Source: Candidatus Hydrogenedens sp.
GTDB lineage: Bacteria; Hydrogenedentota; Hydrogenedentia; Hydrogenedentales; Hydrogenedentaceae
Assembly: GCA_049968235.1 (NCBI GenBank)
Contig: JBMFRC010000004.1
Location: 1 to 64,000, forward strand
Direction of reading: 5' to 3'
Length of the DNA: 64,000 bases
Of this stretch, positions 58,689 through 64,000 are shown in pieces (position 1 is the stretch's first letter; every line of letters begins with the position of its first letter). The notes beneath the pieces were generated by a model that had not been told where the DNA came from, searched no databases, and was given only the letters and a program-made list of their open reading frames with translations. The position numbers and the translations under genes were made by a program.

Positions 58689-60248
58689 TTATCCTAATGC
58701 TTTTACAACTTCTCTTAAATCAAGTCCGAGATATTGTATGCTTTTCTCCCTTATCTTTAATGCTTCACGGATAACTTCATCCCGAATGGATTGCTCTCCC
58801 GGTAAACCTGCTATTGAAGAAATAAAAAGGATATGTGCCAGGTCTTTAGATTTTCCCGGGGCTTTATAGGGTTCTAAATAATGGCATAAAGCATGAACAA
58901 CTACTTCCGGGAATTTCCATCTGCTCGCTAATAGAGATGCCGTAACTGCATGATTGATAGTAAAATATTCCGTTTCTTTTCTCAATCGTATTTCTGGAAG
59001 AGAATCTTTCATAATCTTTTTATATTCTTCCTGACCCACCATATATAGTACAATAGCCCCTATTTGATGTATCAAGGCGGTAGTATACGCAAGAGAAGGG
59101 CTTACTCTCTTTGAATTTTGCGCTAATTTTTCTGCAAGTTTTGCAGAAAGTTTTGACCTTCCGCTTATGGGCAGGACAGGATATTCTGAAATAGGCAAAT
59201 GACTTTCTTTAATGTGATTCATCATTACCTGTATTCCATTGGGACCGAGAAGAGTAAGGGCAGACCATATACTACCTATCCTCTTCTCCTCTGATACAAT
59301 GGATGTATTAGCCCAACGAAGTAATGCAGTTGCTAACGAAGGTTCGTCTGTAAAGATGGAACTTAAATCTTCTATATTGGGAGAACTGTCATCTAAAACC
59401 ATACTTAAAGCGAGTTCGGCTGTGGGGGGAATAGGAAGATATTCTAATTCGTCAATTAACAGTTCAACATTTTTCCTTTCCCTTTCATAAGTTTCCTCCG
59501 GAAATTGAACAACAGAATCGGCATGTTGTCCTACTACCCCGGGTTTTGTTTTTATGATTCTACTTTCTGGCGTTGGGACAGATGAAGTAGTAGAAATAGA
59601 AGGAGTATGGTAAATTCCTGTATCTCCCGTTTTCCCCTTGTGATATTTATTTATTGTCTCCTCAATTTCTGTAATTCGGGCAAGAGTGGGCTTTACCCTC
59701 AATTGTGTAAATTGTTCAACAAGAAAAACTGTTTCTTTATCAATAGGACATGCCATTGCTAAAGTCAGATTTCTTCCTAATTTATCAACAGGAAACACAA
59801 ACCTTTCATCACATAATTTCTTCGGGACTAATTCAACAATTTCTTTATCTATATACAGACGATTAATATCAATCTTAGGGAAACCTGAATTTCTTGAAAG
59901 AATATCAAACAATTTTTCTGCAGGTAATTTTTCATTATGATACAGTATTTTTAAAAGGTATCCCCCTTGTTTCTTTTGTATTTCTATTGCCTCTTCCAAA
60001 TCTTGACTTGTTATTAAGCCTGATGTAATAAGCCATTGAGCCAGAGTACCTGTAAAATTAGCACCTGATGCAGAAGTATCTACTCCGCCAATTTGTCCAC
60101 CTACAGAAGTTTCCGGAGAGGAAGGAATATAACGAATAATATTACCACAACGGACACATTTAAATGTCTTCCCCTCTGCTGAGGTCGGCACTTTCATTCT
60201 TTGACCACATTTGGCACAACTAATTATTTCGTATTCTTGTTCACTCAC
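58689..60248 (-). CDS. Zinc-ribbon, GspE-N/MshEN-like and HDOD three-domain protein.
   Basis: 519 aa. The N-terminal ribbon reads CAKCGQ...CVRCG. Residues about 60 to 200 resemble the T2SS-E N-terminal (MshEN) domain. The C-terminal 200 aa are an HDOD-like helical bundle. Confidence 0.5.
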   Translation of the reverse strand: MSEQEYEIISCAKCGQRMKVPTSAEGKTFKCVRCGNIIRYIPSSPETSVGGQIGGVDTSASGANFTGTLAQWLITSGLITSQDLEEAIEIQKKQGGYLLKILYHNEKLPAEKLFDILSRNSGFPKIDINRLYIDKEIVELVPKKLCDERFVFPVDKLGRNLTLAMACPIDKETVFLVEQFTQLRVKPTLARITEIEETINKYHKGKTGDTGIYHTPSISTTSSVPTPESRIIKTKPGVVGQHADSVVQFPEETYERERKNVELLIDELEYLPIPPTAELALSMVLDDSSPNIEDLSSIFTDEPSLATALLRWANTSIVSEEKRIGSIWSALTLLGPNGIQVMMNHIKESHLPISEYPVLPISGRSKLSAKLAEKLAQNSKRVSPSLAYTTALIHQIGAIVLYMVGQEEYKKIMKDSLPEIRLRKETEYFTINHAVTASLLASRWKFPEVVVHALCHYLEPYKAPGKSKDLAHILFISSIAGLPGEQSIRDEVIREALKIREKSIQYLGLDLREVVKALG

Positions 60249-60458
60249 ACATTTATTCCCAGTGATTTCACTGATTTTTTATCGTATATTATATTTTATC
60301 ATAAAATATTTATTAAGAAATACAAATTTTTTGTTTATTTTCTATTTCTAATATGATAAACTATTGGTATGAAAAAAACAAGTTTTTAAGGTATTTTATT
60401 GACAAAAATTTTTATTAATAATAATTGTGATTTTTAATGTTATTAGAAGGAAAAATAA

Positions 60459-63400
60459 ATGCTACTTGAAGAGTTAGATGATATATTTAAAAAAACACAT
60501 GAATTATTTTTCCGTCGTAATTTTATTGGAGCAAATAAGAATTTAAACACACTTCCCGTGGATTTTAACAATTTTATAAACTATTTATTTTTAAAGGCTG
60601 ATTTATTTACAGTTTTAGAAGATTGGAATGAATTATTGAATCTTGTCCCAATAATTGAAAAACAAATTAGTGAATTAGAAGAAAGGATTTCATGGTTTAC
60701 TATACACTTCGATGAAGAAGAGAAAGATTACCTGAGAGAGATAGTATCTAATTATCATTACCGATTAGAACAAATAAAGGAAGAACTTAATAGACAAACA
60801 CAAAAAATAGAGGAGAAAACGGAAGAAAAAATAATCTATGAAGAGCAAATCCGTGAATTGAAAAGTCAGCTTATTCACATGAAAGAGAAAAAAGAGGAAG
60901 AAGAAGCTATTCGTAAGGCTTTATCTGTTGAATTAGAAGAACTCAAGAAACAGGAAAAAAGGAAAAATGAAGAATTATTACGGGCACAGGAGGAATTGAG
61001 ACACTTAAAAGATTCTCTGGATGAAAAAGAGCAGGAAGTCCAGACCGCAGCATTGGAGCGTGCCCAACGAGAAAAAACAATCGCTCTCATGGAAGCGGAA
61101 TTAAATTCCCTTCAAGAAAAAGCAGAAGAGACAGCCCAATCTCAGGCAAGTTTAATCGAGGAATTAAAGCAATTAAAAGAACTGAGTAAAACAAAAGAAG
61201 AGGCTTTGCAACAGGCTCAACATCAACTTCAAGAATTACAACAAACATTAAAATCGCGTGAAGCGGAAATTACTGTATTAGAAAATGAAAAGAAAGAACG
61301 CGAGAAACAGGTTCAATATTTAGAACAGGAATTAGGAAAACTAAATGAGCAAGCACGAGATGCTGAAAAATCTCAAGAAGATTTGCAAAAGCAAATAGAA
61401 GAGCTGCGAAGGGTTGAGGAACAGAAATCGAAAGAATTGGATGAAACTCGGGATGCTTTACAGCAACTACAACAGCAACTTAAAGAAAAAGAGCAATTAA
61501 TACAATCATTAGAAAGACAGTCATCAGAAAGCCAAAAAGAGGTTGAACGGCTTCGGGAGGAAATGAAAGCCACACAATCTCAAGCCAAACATGCTCAGGA
61601 AGCAGAACAACAGTTACAAAAGGAAATAGAGCAACTTCGAAAAGCCACACAATCCAAAGAAATGGCTCTTGATAACACTCGGGGTGAATTAGAAAAAGTT
61701 CAGCAAATGCTGGCAGAACGGGAGGCTCTACTTCAAAATGCCGAAAAACGAAGTATGATGACTGTCGAAAATCTTCAGCAAATACAGAGAGAATATGAAC
61801 AATTAAAGAATCAAGCGGAACAATATATTAAAACTGAACAAACAATGGTTCAAGAACTGGAACTGTTAAGGAAAGGAGAACAGGAGAAGGCAAATGCTCT
61901 TGAGGAAGCACAGCATAAGGTTAAAGAATTACAAGAAGAACTGAAAGCACGCGAAATAGCATTTCAAGAGTCCCAAAAGGCACAGGAACAGTATATCCTG
62001 CAAATACAAAGATTACAAGAGGAATTAAATTCTGTTCGTGAAAAAGCCCATGAAGCAACTCATTCTGAAAGCCAAATTGAAGAGGAATTAACTGTTTTCC
62101 GTAAGAAACTTACTTCTAAAGAGCAAGAATTTATTGAATTACAAAATAAATTAGACCAATTATCCGCTTCTCTGCTTGAAAAAGAAACTGCTATTCGAGA
62201 AGAGATTAAAAAACGGACGGAAAAAGAAGAACTTTTAGCCAAACTACAGGAAGAATTGGTCTTATTACACCAACGAACCCATTCTACACAAACACACCAA
62301 GAAATACTTGAACAGGAAATTCAATCTTTAAAACATCGCGAAACAGAAAAAAATACAGAATTAGATAAAGCACGAGAACAACTCAATTCTTTACAACAGA
62401 CATTATCCCAGAGAGAACAAGAAATCGCTAAGATTAATGAAGAAAAGGTTCGAAAAGAAAAACAGTTGGAAGACCTTATGAGTGAAATGGAGGCTTTACG
62501 GTCTCAAACATCTATGTTATTAAGTTCTCGTCAACAACTCAGGCAGGAATTGGAGCAATTAAAGCAAAAACAAATGTTCTCTAAATCTGAACCTGAAAAA
62601 GAGACTTCAACCGCAACAAAGCAAACCTCTTCTGTTAGTCTGTTTGAAGAAATTCCTGAAGCAATACTGGCTTCTGCAAGCATTAGTGTTGCTAAAGGGA
62701 ATAATAAATTTACAATGTTAGTAACTGTAATTGGAATTATTGTGGTTTTATGTGCTGGAATAGGTATTGGTTATTATTTTTCACGGGGTAAAATAGGACC
62801 TCAAAATCAAGTTGCTCAACAAAATGTTGAACAGAAAGATATTGTTAACAAACCAGAACCAACTCAGATAACATCACAAGTTGATGAAAAATCCGCCATA
62901 CCTGCAACACCCGCCATAATTGAAACAACAAAGGAAAATACGGAACAGACTTCCACCCCTCCTCAACAGGCAACGGAACCAGAAAAGAAAAGTGTAATAC
63001 TTTCATTCCCGGAAAATATATCTTTAGGTTCCTTATTCTATCAGGACAAACAGGTATCTGACAGTAATAATTGGACACAGTTACAGGAGGCGAAAGGGAG
63101 TGTAGAAGTCAATCCAGAGTGGAAAATTCAATTAAGGACAAACTTGGGACTATTGCCCCGAATTATGAATTTAAATTCGGGAATATTGGGAAAAATTTCG
63201 GTTCTGACATTGGACTCTATACCTCAGGAAGAAAGTGTCTTAAAATGGTTATCTCAGGTGAATTTTGGAACAATCTATATTGATAATGATGTATCTGAGA
63301 GGATACTAAATGAAATTAAGTCTAATTATTCAAATTTGAATATCATCTGTAAAAATGTAATTTCAGATATTATAGAAGATAAACCCCTTCCTGAAAGGAC

Positions 63401-63989
63401 CATCGTATTTCCTGAAAACAAATCTTTAGGGAAAATCCTTACTCGAGCATGGGGAGAACCATTACAAACGGAATGGAAACCTTTTACAGATGCAAAGGGA
63501 ACAATATATATTCCCAGAAATACAGAAGTAAAGTTACAAATGGAAATTGAAGGAGCCCGCGAAATGTCCTGGCTTATGAATTTACAACCGAATGATATTC
63601 AAGCGTTAGGCATGGTAGGCTACGGAGTTAATGACGAAAAAATAGGTTACATCAGCCATTTAACAGGACTAAAGAGTTTGCAGTTAGTTCAGACCGGTGT
63701 TTCAGATGCGGGAATCTTAAAGTTAAAAAATTTGCGAAATTTAAGAGAAGTAAAGTTATACACAATTAATATTACGGATAGAGGATTTGAAGTATTTGAT
63801 TCTTTTCCGCTTTTAGAAGAGTTATGGATACAACAGGCAAAAATAACAAATGCAAGTGTAGGGAAAATTTGCAAAATGAAGAACCTAAAGCGGTTACATT
63901 TAGCAAATACAGGAATTTCTCCTGAGGGACTTTTGCAAATACAATCTTCTTTAACTCAATGTGTTATAACTCCACGTGGGACAAGTTAA
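60459..63989 (+). CDS. Giant coiled-coil, TM and LRR protein.
   Basis: 1176 aa. About 700 aa of E/K/Q-rich heptad coiled coil are followed by a single TM, VTVIGIIVVLCAGIGIGYYF. The C-terminal approximately 430 aa end in RNI-type leucine-rich repeats (LTGLKSLQL...LKNLRNLREVKL...LKRLHLANTGI). Confidence 0.6.
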   Translation: MLLEELDDIFKKTHELFFRRNFIGANKNLNTLPVDFNNFINYLFLKADLFTVLEDWNELLNLVPIIEKQISELEERISWFTIHFDEEEKDYLREIVSNYHYRLEQIKEELNRQTQKIEEKTEEKIIYEEQIRELKSQLIHMKEKKEEEEAIRKALSVELEELKKQEKRKNEELLRAQEELRHLKDSLDEKEQEVQTAALERAQREKTIALMEAELNSLQEKAEETAQSQASLIEELKQLKELSKTKEEALQQAQHQLQELQQTLKSREAEITVLENEKKEREKQVQYLEQELGKLNEQARDAEKSQEDLQKQIEELRRVEEQKSKELDETRDALQQLQQQLKEKEQLIQSLERQSSESQKEVERLREEMKATQSQAKHAQEAEQQLQKEIEQLRKATQSKEMALDNTRGELEKVQQMLAEREALLQNAEKRSMMTVENLQQIQREYEQLKNQAEQYIKTEQTMVQELELLRKGEQEKANALEEAQHKVKELQEELKAREIAFQESQKAQEQYILQIQRLQEELNSVREKAHEATHSESQIEEELTVFRKKLTSKEQEFIELQNKLDQLSASLLEKETAIREEIKKRTEKEELLAKLQEELVLLHQRTHSTQTHQEILEQEIQSLKHRETEKNTELDKAREQLNSLQQTLSQREQEIAKINEEKVRKEKQLEDLMSEMEALRSQTSMLLSSRQQLRQELEQLKQKQMFSKSEPEKETSTATKQTSSVSLFEEIPEAILASASISVAKGNNKFTMLVTVIGIIVVLCAGIGIGYYFSRGKIGPQNQVAQQNVEQKDIVNKPEPTQITSQVDEKSAIPATPAIIETTKENTEQTSTPPQQATEPEKKSVILSFPENISLGSLFYQDKQVSDSNNWTQLQEAKGSVEVNPEWKIQLRTNLGLLPRIMNLNSGILGKISVLTLDSIPQEESVLKWLSQVNFGTIYIDNDVSERILNEIKSNYSNLNIICKNVISDIIEDKPLPERTIVFPENKSLGKILTRAWGEPLQTEWKPFTDAKGTIYIPRNTEVKLQMEIEGAREMSWLMNLQPNDIQALGMVGYGVNDEKIGYISHLTGLKSLQLVQTGVSDAGILKLKNLRNLREVKLYTINITDRGFEVFDSFPLLEELWIQQAKITNASVGKICKMKNLKRLHLANTGISPEGLLQIQSSLTQCVITPRGTS

Positions 63990-64000
63990 TCTTCTTTTGT

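Noticed and set aside
1-64000. A scan for a CRISPR array or an intact IS or transposon.
   Set aside because: No regularly spaced direct repeats were found. No transposase or integrase-like ORFs were found. The only repeats are intragenic codon-level ones in the EG-rich spacer and the coiled coil.

Overview
This 64 kb window is a chromosomal segment from a low-GC bacterium with PVC-superphylum hallmarks. The organism call is inference from gene content, not from a database search.

The PVC hallmarks are:
- a DUF1559 H-X9-DG prepilin-like protein;
- eukaryote-like LRR, Ig and LITAF-like domains;
- many large secreted carbohydrate-binding or glycosidase-like proteins.

The left end holds an atypical replication-initiator neighbourhood: dnaA is followed by def and recR, and dnaN is absent.

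Housekeeping genes are scattered through the window. They include recR, def, dnaA, dinB, a lipid-A acyltransferase, a beta-CASP RNase, pilT, flgK, hslV, a sigma-54 enhancer-binding protein, a tandem-domain PPK2, a Pat-like acetyltransferase, rtcB, pyrC and carA.

Between them are accessory-looking elements.
1. A RhuM domain and a Doc-type Fic domain are split across two adjacent ORFs that one frameshift would fuse.
2. A DNA methyltransferase gene is degraded, with a frameshift inside a T-homopolymer.
3. A cluster of three secreted proteins includes a beta-propeller/Ig protein with an EG-rich acidic spacer and an unusual C-terminal hydrophobic-basic tail.
4. An AmiE-like serine hydrolase is fused to NamZ (DUF1343).
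5. A 22-codon Lys/Ala/Pro-rich ORF with a perfect Shine-Dalgarno was missed by the ORF track.
6. An in-frame PyrR-PyrB fusion is followed by pyrC.
7. A Nudix-RtcB pair overlaps at the stop and start codons.
8. At the right end sits a module of a beta-propeller lipoprotein, a LITAF-like membrane zinc ribbon, a SPASM/twitch protein with no radical-SAM cysteine triad, a zinc-ribbon-MshEN-HDOD protein and a 1176-aa coiled-coil-TM-LRR protein.

The strongest non-coding signal is a structured RNA candidate of about 285 nt at 38231-38515. It is closed by a perfect 13-bp long-range helix and ends in a strong intrinsic terminator that also serves the convergent gene.

No tRNA or rRNA genes, no CRISPR array and no intact mobile element were recognised.
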